DNA of 64,000 bases from Flectonema sp. DT1601 (lineage: Eukaryota): assembly GCA_964019425.1 (NCBI GenBank), contig OZ025795.1, positions 434,001-498,000 of the forward strand. The letters run 5' to 3'. Positions 34,643 through 49,600 of this stretch are shown here, in pieces. The translations under genes were made by a program, and so were the position numbers. The notes below the pieces were generated by a model. That model was not told the DNA's origin, did not search any database, and saw only the letters and a list, made by a program, of their open reading frames with translations. The first letter of the stretch is position 1. Every line of letters begins with the position of its first letter.

Positions 34643-35583
34643 TTGCTGTATGTGACTAGCAGATCAAAGCTGTTAGATGTATTGGGTGGTATGGGACTAG
34701 AAGTTGAAGATGACTTGGAGGTTAGGGCTCGTGTTGCTGGCACGGATGGCATGCTGATCTGGTGCGATGAGAAGATTGGTGAGGTTGACGGTGTATCGCA
34801 ATACACTGTTGCTGGGACCACCAAGTACAGTTGTCCCGATCCTCTTGCAGCACATCGCCATGCGCCGCATTCCGCAGTTTACCCGCCAGCTTCATGGTCT
34901 TGACTCCGTCAGTTATTGGGCTGCACGAAGAGAGATGATCCGGTGGTTGTATGTGCAGGATTGTGTGTTCCTCATTCGCAACCGGGAGAGTACCTTCTGC
35001 CTGGTAAGTGACGCAACATCTGTGCTTCTTCATATGTGGGAATTGGTCGTTTGCTTACTGGCTTCGCAAGAAGCACCGCATCTCTTTTAGGGCGTGCCCA
35101 TTTAAAGAGAAGGTTACGAATGGGCGCTTCGGAACCTTAGCATTTGCATGCTATGTGTTATCATGCCCGCTTCGAGGTATTCCATTCCTCAGGTGGGTTC
35201 TCACATTCTTGCAGCGCAACAAGCGCCTCATCAAGTACTCTCATCGTCGCAGGCGGGCATACGCTTACCTGATGTCTCTCAGTAACAAGGAAATGGGCAA
35301 CATCATGGAGTTCATGTGTGCACAATATAGTATTGTGAATGGTGTGCTCAGACGTCTCATCTCATTCTCCCGGGAGCATCGCACTCCGCGACAACTTCTC
35401 CGGTTTTGGGCAGAGGTTGCACGTGACATGTCAGAGGCAGCCACAATTGACATCTCATATTTGCTGAATGATCATGGTCGGGTTGTTCGCGATATCTGGC
35501 TTACAGAACCAGCATTCACCTGTCTCCTGGCAGAGATGGGAGGAGTAATGGAAAGACACCACAGAACAGAACAGTCTGAATGA
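34643..35583 (+). pseudogene. Possible frameshifted coding remnant of unknown (perhaps transposon-borne) origin
   Basis: Three overlapping + strand ORFs (34643, 34767, 35008) in a GC-richer island. No recognisable domain. Confidence 0.3.
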
Positions 35584-36842
35584 GAATGAGCCCCTCAGTG
35601 ATTAAACCCACCGCACACGCGATGCGCCGGTCCAAAGTCCGGAACCTCACCACAAGCGATGGTCAGGAAGGGTGATGGGTCACTGGGCACAAGCGATGCC
35701 CATTTAGTTGTCAAAGTGACATGTATGGCAAACTGAACAGGTTTGACATTGCACAGCACACCAGCACCAACGGTACCATCTGGATATCACTCACTTTTTT
35801 CACTAGAATTCACACATTTTCACACATTTTCACGGGATTTCACTACCAGAAAGCAGCAAAAAATTAAGTGAAAAATCGTGAAAAATCGTGAATTTTCGTG
35901 TAGCAAAGTGAAAAATCGTGAACACCTCCACCCTGCCGATCGCCTCAAATGTGACTTGGTATCCCGACTAGTGAAGCATCGGACATTGCTTCTTAGAACG
36001 GAGGTAATAGACGTGATTGTCACCATCGATCTCCACCCATCCATCGGATGAGTCTTCTGCATCAAGAAAAAGGTCACCTAACAATCAACAATGTGGTCAC
36101 TAAGGCTGTTCATGTCTATGATTCGGAATCTTCCCGTTCTTAATAAAAGAAAAGAAAAGAATGCAAAGAAGCGGAAAATGAAAAAGACAGTAAGCAATCA
36201 TCAACTTTAAGGTCTTGGACTATGCGAGTAATATACGAAGATTGTGAGATTAGAAGATCAGAACAATGGGGCATCTACGAACATCAGTTGGCCAGTAGCC
36301 ACAAAGGCATCGACCGCAGTCAAGCAAGTGTTTTCTATTTGCACAACCGATGAGAGCTGATGATACCGTGGAGCCATTCAGGTATGATTATGTTGGGATC
36401 AGGTAGAGTGAAACAAGGTGGAAACATCAACCAGACAAACACACTCACCGTTAACATCAGCAGAATAGCTGGAGGTGCGAACTTCGTCTACTAATAGTTA
36501 GACTGTTACAGAACCAAACTTACTATGGCTCTGGCACTAGTTGGATCCATTCTTCAATATGATGGTAATAAGTTCAGACCCATAACAGATCGTATCAATA
36601 TAGGAGTATCTGCAGACAAAGTTTAATTGTATTGAATGCCCAAAGTGGCTCGATTGAGTTGTACATGCCCGCAGTTTACCGTTGACCGGAATGGTACCCT
36701 AATTTTGACTCATATATTGATCGTTACATTGTCTTGTTTGTGTCTGATAACATTATTTAATATTTATTTCGTAGGATATTTCAGTCATATGATATATTGA
36801 TGTTAAGCGTTACTGCTGTTCTTATTGTGGGAGGTTTATTAA

Positions 36843-38310
<1,468 letters not shown>

Positions 38311-38795
38311 ACCTTTTCTTTTCGTAGAAATTTCCCCCCCCCGTTTTTTTCAATTTTCTTTTCAATATCTTAGGGATCCCTGTCGGTCTACGTTCCTGCC
38401 CCTCATGCTGCGAACTTTGACTGGAGTGCGGTGTCTCGCTTTTTATTTTTAAAAAAATCACATTGTTGTCTGTTCTAGACATGTAAAGTCCCTCCCTGTG
38501 TCTGCTTCTTTTATTTTCCATCCCTTCTCAGAGGTCTGATCGTAGCAATCACTATTGCCTTGAAGTGTTGATTCCCAAATAGGCAATGAGTTGTTTTCTT
38601 ACATGTTTTGAGCGATGGTCCCTCTTAGAAAACCCAATCGACTGTTTTTATGTTGTAATGAAGTATCCTAAGTTTTCACAACAGCATCGCATAACAGTTA
38701 ACAATGAGAAGATGCATAAGTGCCGTACCAACTAGAACGTTGGGAAGGCTCGCACAATTCTTCATAGGTTATTAGGCTAAATTGGAATAGATATT

Positions 38796-38857
38796 TTCGC
38801 CCAAGCACCAAAATTGGTATTTCAATTTTGGTGTTTCAATTTTGGTGCTTGGGCGAA
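38796..38857. repeat. Perfect 21-bp inverted repeat (MITE-like remnant)
   Basis: TTCGCCCAAGCACCAAAATTG ... CAATTTTGGTGCTTGGGCGAA, with a third partial copy in the spacer. Confidence 0.8.
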
Positions 38858-39087
38858 CAAAATACCAATTTTGACCTCTTTCTCTTGATCACCGTGTTTA
38901 GTTACTAGACTACTTTTCAGGAAAAATCTACGTTTCACAATAGAGAGTCAGAAAAAGCAATTGGAAAAACACACGTAGCCACACAAAGCTCTGTTATCCT
39001 TTCAAGGCCAGTTAAAGAAAACAGCCGTGACTCCTTTTTAATGCGCATTTTACGTTGTAATCGTTATATGCAGGTAACACAGCTGAA

Positions 39088-39516
39088 ATGGAACCCGAAA
39101 ACGGAGAATCGATTGTATCCTTTGAGGCTACTGGTAATGCAAGGAAAACTGAGGACTTTAATAACATGACGATGTCAATGAAGAGACTTTCAGTGCGCAA
39201 AACCGTGAAAAAAATTGGGAAAAAGGATGCGAAGGCATGCACAAGGAAGGGGATTCGGAACGAAAAAAAGACAATCTGTCAAAGTATAAAAAAAATACTG
39301 GATGTTGAAAAAAGTGAGGATTCTGACCCAGATTTTAGCTCACTCAGACTACTGCTTGACACGTTCACGGATGAGAAACATCGTTCACCTTTTGCGTCAA
39401 AAGACGATACATGCAGACCATCGTCGATGGCATTAATTGCTTCAGTGATAGGACACAAACCTTCTATTTTATCTGTGGTCCCTCCTGCTGCAAGGCCACG
39501 TCGGAGATCTTGTTGA
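39088..39516 (+). CDS. Hypothetical basic protein, 142 aa
   Basis: ATG-initiated ORF on the cluster strand; no domain recognised. Confidence 0.5.
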   Translation: MEPENGESIVSFEATGNARKTEDFNNMTMSMKRLSVRKTVKKIGKKDAKACTRKGIRNEKKTICQSIKKILDVEKSEDSDPDFSSLRLLLDTFTDEKHRSPFASKDDTCRPSSMALIASVIGHKPSILSVVPPAARPRRRSC

Positions 39517-39944
39517 TTAAATTAGTATTCGTTATTTTTTGTAATTGTTTCGTCTTTTTTTTGTTATTTAAAACCTTCAAAGAATAATCTTTTATGGCTC
39601 CCACTCATACGGATAGATATCTGTATTGTGACATATCCTCACGGCAATCTTTATTAGGGAGTGTCCAAGGAGTGTCATTATTTATGTTGTTTTTATTTTT
39701 TTTTTTATTTTTGTTTCTTACGTGAGTTAAAATGGCATAGATTTTTTAAGAAAAAAAATAAAACACAACTTATCTGTGTACATTTCCTGATTAGCAGCTC
39801 AGGGATACTGTCAGTCCTTTCTGCTGTTGGCCTTCTGATACCCGTTCTAACCTGAGTATATGTTCTTTGATATTGATTTTACTTAAAAAAAAAAAAAAAA
39901 AAAAAGAAATTCGATTCATGCCTTCAGGTAACATATAAAAAAAA

Positions 39945-42689
39945 ATGTCTCTGCAAAAACGAGCATTTATAAGTAATTTAGACAGCCACTTGGGTAAAGT
40001 GCTGTGTCGTCGGTTTACTGCAGCTAATTATGAGACTTGCGGCACAACCTCAGGATTGGGACCGGCCATGAAAACAGCAAAGATAGTCCAAGCAAGGGAA
40101 CCAGCAATGTTGAAAAAATGCTTATTAGAGAGTGACGTTATTGTTTATCAACTAGATAACGGAATTGAGGAACCCACTGCTGCGTTGAAAATCCTAATGA
40201 ATGAGCACTTCGATGAAGAAAAAACTTTTATATTAGTCTCTTCATTCCTTACTTGGTTTGAAACCGAAACCGCCGCAGCGACCGAGGCAGAAGAAGACCA
40301 AAACGAAGTTGACCCCGAGGAAGAACCAGAACCCCGAGAAATGCATCAGTATTCCGAGGAAGAATATGCAAAGAGAGTACCTCACGTTAAGTATCAACAT
40401 TGGAAAGAAGTAGAAAAACTCTGCAAACGAGCAACTTCCGACACACTACACACATATTGTGTATTTGCGGGTCTTCAATATGGAAAGGGTGAAGATAAAT
40501 TACATCCTGTTTTTAAGCAAGCTTGGCATCTTTCAGAAGAAGGTTTACCTATCTTTGGTAAGGGTGATAACTATGTTCCACTCATACACACAACTGATCT
40601 CTGTTCTCTGGTGTTTGAATTGGCTTGTCAAGAAGCACCAATTGAACAAAGATACTTCTTTGGTGTTGATGAAGGTCAATCGACATGGAAAGATATCATA
40701 AAGGCTATCAACACTCATCTTGGGAATGGAACTACTTTCACAGTTCAAGAACAGGATTACGTGTTTTATGAAAATATCGAACATTTCATTGTTAACATCC
40801 GAGTCGAAATGGGCAAAACGGGTGAAATACTGGAAGAAGATAAGTGGGTGTGTTCTTATTCCTTTCTTACGAAACAACATATCTAAAATAATAAAATAAT
40901 AAATAACACAGATATCCCGCACTGGTCTTGTTGAAAACATCGCCTCAGTCACCAAGGAATATAAAAAAGAGAGAGGGGTAGAACCATTGCGAACACTGTT
41001 ACTGGGACCACCTGCATCTGGGAAATCGTATTTTGCTAGAGAACTTTCGGAATTCTACAAAGTACCAACCTTTACAATAAATGACATTATACAAGATTAT
41101 CAGAGTCAAGTACAAGAATTTAACGAGGAGTTAGCTCGCATTCGAACAACAAAGAAAGCAGCAGCTCTGCGGATCCAACTACAAGATCTGAGACAGAAGA
41201 AAAAAGAAGCCGCACTTGCTTCTAAAGAAGAAGCAGAGGAAGGTGAAGCAGAAAACCCTGAAGAAGGGGATGGAGGTATAGATGGCGAACAGGATGAAGA
41301 TGAACTATTCGACGATGATTTGATTGAAGAGTTGGAAAAAATAAAAGCAGAGTCTGGAGAGCAAGACGAGGAACCCGAAGACGATGACCAAACAACGGCA
41401 TTGAAGGAAGCACTTGAAAATATAAACAAGGTATTGGCTCTTCGTGAAAAGGATACTTCTACTTCAGAACCTGAACCCTTCAATCCGAAAGATAAAAAAC
41501 CGCCTGCGAATCAGCAGAAAGCAAAAGCTGCACCTACAAAGGCTAAACCAGAAGACGAACCTGAAGAGACACCGCAACCGGTTAGATATTCTGATAAAGC
41601 GTTGTCGTTTATGCTGCATTGGAAATTACAGCAACCGATGTGCAGGAATCAGGGATTCATCTTTGATGGATTCCCTAAAACACCAAACCAAGCAAAGCTG
41701 TTATTCGAAGAAGGCATGCCTGGTGAAGTTCCCTCTCCAGAAGATGAGGAAGAACCCCCAACCGACGAAGCAGAAAAACGTGCTGTCGAAGATTCGATGT
41801 TTCCAGACTATTTAATTCAGTTGAAAGCAAGTGACACGTATCTCACTGAGAGGATCCAACAGATCGCTGCTCATCATCCTCATAATAATCCAACTGACTT
41901 TCAACGTCGTCTTGAATATTATAAAATAAATAATCCTCAACGGTATGGATTACATTGGTTACTTTACTTTATTAGATTGTATTGAGTTTTTTTTTTTTTT
42001 TTTTGTTAATCGTAAATAAATATCAAACAGAAATTTCACTGAGCCATCTCGCGATGCGTCAACAGGACTCATTGCATATTTAGATAGCGCTTTGACAAAT
42101 ATTGAAGGTGCTCCTCGAGAAATTGTTTACCGTCAGGTATGTTGGTTAGATTATGTTGCGTCATAAGATTTGATTTTAAAATTTAAAAAAAAAAAAAAAA
42201 AAAAAACAGTTTGACGTCGAATCTGTGCCGCTGGTAGCACCGCCACCACCGCAGTCAAAGTACGAAAAACAAGATCACGATAGTGTTTTCTTATCGATCG
42301 TTGACTTTCTTGGAGCTCCTCGTAACTACGGAGCTTCACCAAAAGCAATTGGTGAGGAGCAAATCCGACTAAAGAACTTAGAAGAAGAATCCAAAACAAA
42401 ACGAGAACAAGAAGAAGAAAGACAACGGCTTGCCGAGAGGCAAGAAAAAGAAGAACTTGAAAAGTTAAAACAAGAAGAACAAACACGAGTTCAGGAAGTT
42501 AAGGAACAAGAGAGACTGGTTCTTGAAGCTCGCAAAGAACCTTTAAAACAATATTTGATGACAAATATTATTCCTGTTCTTACAAAAGGAATTATCGAAG
42601 TCTGTGAACAACGACCAGAAGATCCTATTGACTACCTTGCAGACTGGTTGTTCCGACATAACACAATTGATGATTATATGGGCATCTAG
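39945..42689 (+). CDS. AK7: Adenylate kinase 7-like flagellar protein; exons 39945-40847, 40912-41942, 42031-42136, 42210-42689
   Basis: N-terminal Rossmann-like region, P-loop GPPASGKS, GFIFDGFP, coiled coil and C-terminal Dpy-30 motif (YLMTNIIPVLTKGIIEVCEQRPEDPIDYLADWL). Three GT-AG introns keep the frame. Confidence 0.92.
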
Positions 42690-43071
42690 TAAGTCAGTCG
42701 TTTATTACACATTCAGTCAAGGTAACCATCTTTTTGACAACAACCTCTCCCGGGGTTGGTATTGTCAGTTAGATACAATGCTGTTGTACTAAATTAATTC
42801 TTGTAAAAGATTTTCTTTCTGAAAAAAAAAAAAAAAAAGAACAGAAAAAAAATAAAAGAAGAAGAAAAAGAAACTCTTTAACCTACGACGAGGCTACGTA
42901 AAGGAGAAGAAAATGTTTAATTCTGTAATTGGTGATCAATTGCTCTGTTTCTTTGTATCCGTCATTTCTTTGTCTCAGAAACAACATATTTAATACTTGA
43001 AGTGATGATCATTCGGTGATGAAGTTGTTGCTCAAAAAATCGACATACTTTTTCAGGTTTACACGTATTTA

Positions 43072-43392
43072 ATGTCATCCGCGGCTCAGGCTCCTCCACC
43101 AGCGGCTCCTTCGGGAAACGCCAGGGCCATAAATATGAAACTAGGCCCTTCACAACAAGTGACGATTTTCTCTCCTCGTGTGATTGAAGTTAAAGTTCCG
43201 AGGTATGTTCTCATATCTGTAAAAGAGATGAAGAATATTGGGACAGCGTCCTGCAGCTTACGGATTACAGTTTCGTGCCCACAAGCCTATTCTTTGTCCC
43301 ATGGGTATTAATACATAATCAAAAACAGTTCCGCAACAGGACCAGCTCGATTGAAATACACCCATATCGGTACAAGAGAAGCAAACTGGTAG
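43072..43392 (+). CDS. Putative 64-aa microprotein; exons 43072-43202 and 43329-43392
   Basis: ATG ORF with GTATG donor at 43203 and AAAAACAG acceptor at 43328, matching the intron style of neighbouring genes. Spliced product ends ..GPARLKYTHIGTREANW. Confidence 0.45.
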
Positions 43393-43806
43393 ATTCAGCT
43401 GCAACAACCTTCTCAGTAGTTCCAGTCGCGATGCAAAAAAAAAAAAAAAAAAAAAAGCACGGAAACAACAGCCAAGCTCAAGAAAAATAAATGAAGACAA
43501 CCCCTGCTGGGCATGGGCGCTAAAGTAGTCATCCGAATCCCCATATTCGACAGCACATGTGGGATTTTATCGATACTAACCGTTGGTCTTTTTTATAAGT
43601 TGCTTTATATTTAATTACAGCATCAAAGTTACCCCCCCGCTGATTACAATAGCGGAGAAAAAAAAAAAAAAAGAAAATAATAAAAAAAATAGTCTACTAT
43701 TCCCTATTGGGAAAGAGTGGAGGTGATATATGTTTTCTATTAATTTTATTCTTTTTTTTTTTTTTTTTAAAATTACAAAAGTTCTGAAAAAAAAAAAAAT
43801 AAGAAA

Positions 43807-44094
43807 ATGACGCTTCCTCTCAGCAAATCAATAGAAATAAATCAATCGTTGGAGGGCATCGAAGAGGAAATTGAAAATGAAATTGATTTGAATCTTCTCG
43901 ATGACGATCTTCCGAGATGTGTAGTTGCTGAAGTAGAACAACGTCTTTCAGGTATCGATGATGAAATTGAAGCTGAAATTGATAGAAAGATAAAACATAA
44001 AACAGCAAGTCAAGACTTCGACAACAGTCTCGTCATTGACGGAGAACTTCATATTATGAACGATGGAGTTACAACAGTTGTGAAAGAAACATAA
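43807..44094 (+). CDS. Hypothetical acidic protein, 95 aa
   Basis: Protein-like ORF with an internal repeat (LEGIEEEIENEID / LSGIDDEIEAEID). Confidence 0.65.
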   Translation: MTLPLSKSIEINQSLEGIEEEIENEIDLNLLDDDLPRCVVAEVEQRLSGIDDEIEAEIDRKIKHKTASQDFDNSLVIDGELHIMNDGVTTVVKET

Positions 44095-44480
44095 CTCGGT
44101 TGATATAATTTTTTTTTTTTTCATTACTTTTGGTGTCCTGAACTTTACACTCGTGGCGATACCAATTTCATAGTTAGAAAGAAGGCTTCTTTGTTGTGTT
44201 ATGCCACTACATTGTTATTTACACTTTTCTTATCGTTGTTGAAAAGTCTGAACTCTGGTCATTACACATTCAGACTTCAGAAAAAAAAGAAAAAAAAAAA
44301 AAGTGATCATAACTTTTTCCTTTTTCCCTTTTTGTTTTACAACCGACGTCTCGCAAGATTAATTCCTCACTGGAATTATTGGTTTTATTTTTTTGATGAG
44401 TACAATAAGTGTTGACATACCAAACAAAAATATTCATCCCAACTAATTACTACCAGGAGGGGGGGGAGGTGCAAGTATTA

Positions 44481-46277
44481 ATGCTGCAATCAAATCCGGA
44501 TAAGAATAGAAAATTTGAAAAATTACGAAGATACTACGCGGAAGAACGGGCGAAGCAGAGGCTGAATCAAAAAGATTATGAGAAAAATAATCCAGCAAGC
44601 AAAAGAAATACGACGGAAGTTGATTCCAGGGGCGTGTTACTAACAACAAGAAGTCTTCCGAGAGCTATGAAAGTATTTGGACTAAGTTCATCAGCGCATA
44701 AGGAAAACGAAGGAAGAAATCACGCCAGGACTCTCTCCGCTAAGATCCTACAAAGGCGGAGTAATAATTCACTTTTATACGCAAAGGTTACAATGCCTAA
44801 AAGGATGGCAATAAACGCACCCCAAAATGTTATTTTAGACTCCTCTAATCATCGCATTGAAGTAACCTCAAGTCGGGTACCTTCACCTACACAGTTTGAG
44901 GACTTCATTCCGGAAGCGGAAAACCCCCTTCCAGAAACACCGCTGTTCGTACCGCATGTCCCGACAACAAATCATATGAGAAGAGCTGCTGAAAATCAAG
45001 TTAGATCTCAATTAAAAACATTAATACACACTTCCTCAGAGAGGATGAAGTCGTCAAGATTCATAATTGATGGAAAGTCAACACACCGAGAGTCATTTGA
45101 TCCTATATTTGGTCTCACTACAGTTGGTTCTGATCCAGCAAGTCCTGCTAGTATCGAAGCAGGCAGCCCTGGTGATGACGGAAACCAGACTGTAGGAGAA
45201 AACGTTCCTGAAATTATTGAGGTCAGAGCAACGGATTTAATTAATGATAATGATGAGTTCAATTTAAAGACTGATGGAAAACACACAATCCAATCTCCAA
45301 GAGTTGTTCGGCACGGTGAGTTTCTGCAACAGCTTCAAGAAGAAAAGTGTGGATTTTTAAAACAAAGCGCCGCCTCTCTAAAGAAATATAACATCCAACG
45401 ACATCAAGTATATAACATAAAACAACATACTTTGAAATCTCAGCTTAGAAAAAATTGGGAAGAGGCGTTGAAGAATATGACTCAAGTTGTAGATTCTGAA
45501 CTTGAAAAACGAAATGCTGCTGAACGCCGTGATGCTCAATTGGTATTGTTTAATACTTTTGAAGACAATGTTCAAAAGAGATTTGGTACCATGTTAACAT
45601 CAGGAACTCTACAGATTCTTAAAGAGCTGAAAACATGTTTTACTGATGAAACTCTCCAGACGGATAAACGTTTTGAGGCGACAGTTAACTTGTTAACAGG
45701 ACCGAGGTATCTACTTCACGACTGCGTCTCAGTTCTGTATAGCGTAAAACATCTTTTTCAAGTTTCAGAACAACAGTTTACAGATCACTTGAAATCATCA
45801 ATGAAAGGATTATTTGACAGTTGGGGTACTGCAATGCAACAAAAGGTACTGCCACCATCAGAAGACAGTAATGCTTTACAATGGGTAATGCAACTACCTC
45901 CTGCTTATGTTGGTCCAAGTGTTATTACGTGGGTACTTATGGATTCTCCTTTGCAGAATACTGAAAATCAGTGTCTCGAGTGGCTTAAAACCCTTTCTGC
46001 CAACGCTACCTCAGCGAAGACTGTCGCCATTGCCTTAGAAGGAACTGACCCAAGTTCGATTCCTCAGCCCATCATTGATTGGATTATAAATCAGTCAATT
46101 TGTGACCCAGTGAAGTCGTTGTTGTCAGAAGAGTGGCTTCAGAGTTGCAAAATGTCATCGCAGTCAGCAAAGGGACTAGTTGCTCGTCTTCGATCCAGTA
46201 CAACTATCAAAGTACCGAAGAGAACTCGTTCCAGGACTACGGTGGCCAACCCATTTGAGTTTGCGTCAAGGATATAA
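44481..46277 (+). CDS. Hypothetical protein, ~598 aa
   Basis: Long ORF; first in-frame ATG at 44481. Confidence 0.8.
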   Translation: MLQSNPDKNRKFEKLRRYYAEERAKQRLNQKDYEKNNPASKRNTTEVDSRGVLLTTRSLPRAMKVFGLSSSAHKENEGRNHARTLSAKILQRRSNNSLLYAKVTMPKRMAINAPQNVILDSSNHRIEVTSSRVPSPTQFEDFIPEAENPLPETPLFVPHVPTTNHMRRAAENQVRSQLKTLIHTSSERMKSSRFIIDGKSTHRESFDPIFGLTTVGSDPASPASIEAGSPGDDGNQTVGENVPEIIEVRATDLINDNDEFNLKTDGKHTIQSPRVVRHGEFLQQLQEEKCGFLKQSAASLKKYNIQRHQVYNIKQHTLKSQLRKNWEEALKNMTQVVDSELEKRNAAERRDAQLVLFNTFEDNVQKRFGTMLTSGTLQILKELKTCFTDETLQTDKRFEATVNLLTGPRYLLHDCVSVLYSVKHLFQVSEQQFTDHLKSSMKGLFDSWGTAMQQKVLPPSEDSNALQWVMQLPPAYVGPSVITWVLMDSPLQNTENQCLEWLKTLSANATSAKTVAIALEGTDPSSIPQPIIDWIINQSICDPVKSLLSEEWLQSCKMSSQSAKGLVARLRSSTTIKVPKRTRSRTTVANPFEFASRI

Positions 46278-46624
46278 TTATATCTGCTGTCAGTGAATTT
46301 ACTTTTTTTTTAGTATTTCGTTTTGTTCTGTAATTCACCAGAAATGGTGGTGCGTCGCAAGTATTTTGGTTCTTTCCTTTCAGCTAGTCACCTTTTTATG
46401 TTGATAATCATTTTTTTTTGACGACAATCACCTTCGTCATCGCCTTCGTCAACAAAACAATCGATCGCCAGCATTCAAATTTATATTACGTTGAGATCTT
46501 TTATTTTATTATTAATTTTTCCTTCAGAATTGTTACAACACCAGATTCGAATATTAGAAATTATTTTTTATTTTATTATTATTTTTTTATATTTATTATC
46601 TCATCTCCCATTCAGAGCGTAATA

Positions 46625-49600
46625 ATGAATATTGCTAAAGTTTTTGTATTCTTGTCGGTATTAACACATCAATGCGTTGGACATTACTTGACATCAGCAC
46701 TGCAGACGAGAGATATTAAGCAAGGGAAGATATCACCTTATGTGAACTCTTTAACTTCTGTAGATGCCGTAATCCCTTTTGAATTTTATGATTTGAAATA
46801 CTGCCAGCCATCTGACAAGGAGGAACTGAAAGGTTTGGGTTTGGGCATGATGCTACGAGGTGATCATGTTGAAAAAAGTCTTTACGACTTCGAAATACTT
46901 GTGAACTCAACTTGTAAACACGTTCAATGCGGAGAGGACGGTAATAATTTATCAAAAGATGATATTGCGAAGTTTGATAGATTTATTCATGGAGGCTACC
47001 GAGCGAATCTTATCCTCGATAACCTTCCAATGATCGCAACAGAAGAAGCCCGTCACAGAGCCATTCAGAATTTCTGTGTGAACGACAGAAATCCAAGCCG
47101 AGCCACACCAGAAGTTCGAGGAGCAGCAATAGGAGGTTGTGAACGCAACGATGCTTTCATAAATAATCACCTTGACTTTATAATAGAATACAATAGAGTG
47201 GAAGGTGACAGAATCTTTGTTGCTGGTTTTCAAGTAACACCAAAATCACACACTAGTCAAGAATGTGAAGTCACAGACAAGTTATTCACAAAAGAATTAA
47301 CCGATGGCAGTAAGGTCCCTTGGACTTACTCAGTTACTTGGATTGAGAAACCAGATGCTCAGTGGGTCACCAGATGGGATTATTATTTAAATACTTCAGA
47401 AGCAGACAGTAACGCTAAAGCACATTGGATAAAAATAACTCAAAGTCTTGTTGTTATGTTATGTTTGAGTGCTTTAGTAGTTGTAATTATTAGTAGAACT
47501 CTTCACTTGGATTTCAACCGTTATAATAGTCCAGATAATGATGAGGAACTTCAGGAGGAAGTTGGATGGAAATTAGTTCATGCGGACGTCTTTCGTCCTC
47601 CATCGCATCCGCATCTGTTTGCTGGAGTTGTTGGAACTGGTGTTCAGTTGATTGGAATGACTTTAACTGTTTTGGGTGCTGCCATTATGGGATTTCTATC
47701 TCCTGCTTTTCGTGGTGCTTCAATCACAGCAGGTATATTTCTGTTTGTTCTGATGGCTTTTTTTAACGGCTACGTCACTGGTCTCATGCAAATGATGTTC
47801 AGCATTCGTTCTTGGAGGTCAGCCATCCTCTCGGGAGTTATCTTTCCCGGATTCATGTTCATAGTCTGGTCATTCTGTGAATGTATGCTCGCCTGGAGAG
47901 GCGCAGCCACAGCAGTTCCATTCTCAACGGTTATATTTATTATTGCTTTATGGTTTGGTGTTTGTATCCCTCTCATTATCTTAGGAACTTCATTCGGCTT
48001 TCGTCAAAGACCAATTGAAAATCCTCTCAAATACAACACCTACGAACGCAAGATACCTCCTCAACGATTCTTACTCTCTACTCCTGCTTGTTTGTTGGTG
48101 TGTAAGTTTCTCTTTTTTTAGTTACTTTGATGGAAGCTTTTAAGGAATTAAAAAAATGAAATAAAAAAACAACAGCTCCCTGGAATAATCCCATACACGG
48201 CTTGCCATCTGGAATTGAAATTGATTTTGAAAGCAATTTGGCAGGTATGCTATTATTATTATTTTTCAGTCAATATTTTTTTTTGCTACCAAATTCTGGA
48301 CAATGAAAATTTCTTTCGAAAAAAAATGGTAAAAAATTCGATCGAAGCGGCATTTTAATGCGCTGCATCGTTGGATTCATTTCCGTCCGAAATCGGGAGG
48401 TTGGCATCACATACTTGTCACCCGAATTGGGAAAAGAGATTTTGTGGTTTACTAAATCAGCTCAACCGTGGACAATTACTAAAACTAAAAATTAAGCGAA
48501 GGGTGATATCCCATTGTAAAGTCTTGTACTTCATTTTGATAACCTCACTAGCGAGCGGAAGGAGAAGAAGTTACTACGGATACCGGTCAAGATTATCTCT
48601 CCGTGTCAAGGGGATATGTCGGTAATGTCAGGTAAGAAATTAAATACTCGCTCCGAGATGGGTTTGGAGGAATCAGCGATAGCGATCTTAGTGCGGGCAA
48701 CTTCAAAAAGAGATTTCGCATCACTTGTTTCACCTGTCAAATTGTAGCGATGTGCAGAGCGCCCAATGTCAGGAGCAAACCTCTTCAATTGGTAGCCCTC
48801 AGAATCCCATGGTCCCTTACCATGTCCTGTAGGAAAGCAGTCCCATGTTACATCTATATCTGTTGCTGCCATCCAGTCAAGCATGTATTTAACTTTGAAG
48901 CGATTACCTCCATCGCTAAAAATGTGAAAGTCTGCAAAATCATCCTGCAGCGTATCCAGCAAGTGTGACAGAGCTTTGCAGACAGCTGGAAACGTCTGAG
49001 TGAGATTGTTTGATATATAATAGTGGGTAGTGTATTGAATTATCCAACCGGGTGATTGTCAGTTGAAATCTTTTTTCCAACAAGGAATACCAGAATTGAG
49101 CTCTTCTTCTTCTGATAGTTGTCCTGCTGAAGTTGCTCGGCTGTGGACTAACAGTGCCCAGCAGGTAGGTTCTCTAGGAGCTGTCTACGGGCAGTATCGC
49201 AGCATTTGTTGGCAAACTGATGCCTGGTGAAAACAAGTACTTCCTTCTTGAAAGCGAGCAAAGTTACAAAGGGGAAATGCTTTCTCAACTGACTTGAGCA
49301 ACTTGACAGCACCCTCCGTAACATTTGAAAATCTAAATATTCCGTGGTCTCAATGACATGAAATACGAGTGGGATACCTCCACCGCGGTATTTGTAGTAC
49401 TCACTCCAAGCATGTTGATACGGTGTCTGCACCACCTCCTAAAGACTTCCCCGTCTCTTATATTCGAGTTTGCCGTTTGTTTATATATATTTTTTTTTAA
49501 AAAGGGGGGGAAAAAAAAAAAAAAACACAAAAAACAGGGTCAAGTATACTATGTTTTCGGATTTCTTAGCATGGTTGCCGTCGTAGTGATGACTTCTGTT

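Noticed and set aside
36180..36700. Possible decayed coding sequence upstream of tubulin
   Set aside because: Multiple stops in the frames examined and no recognisable motif.
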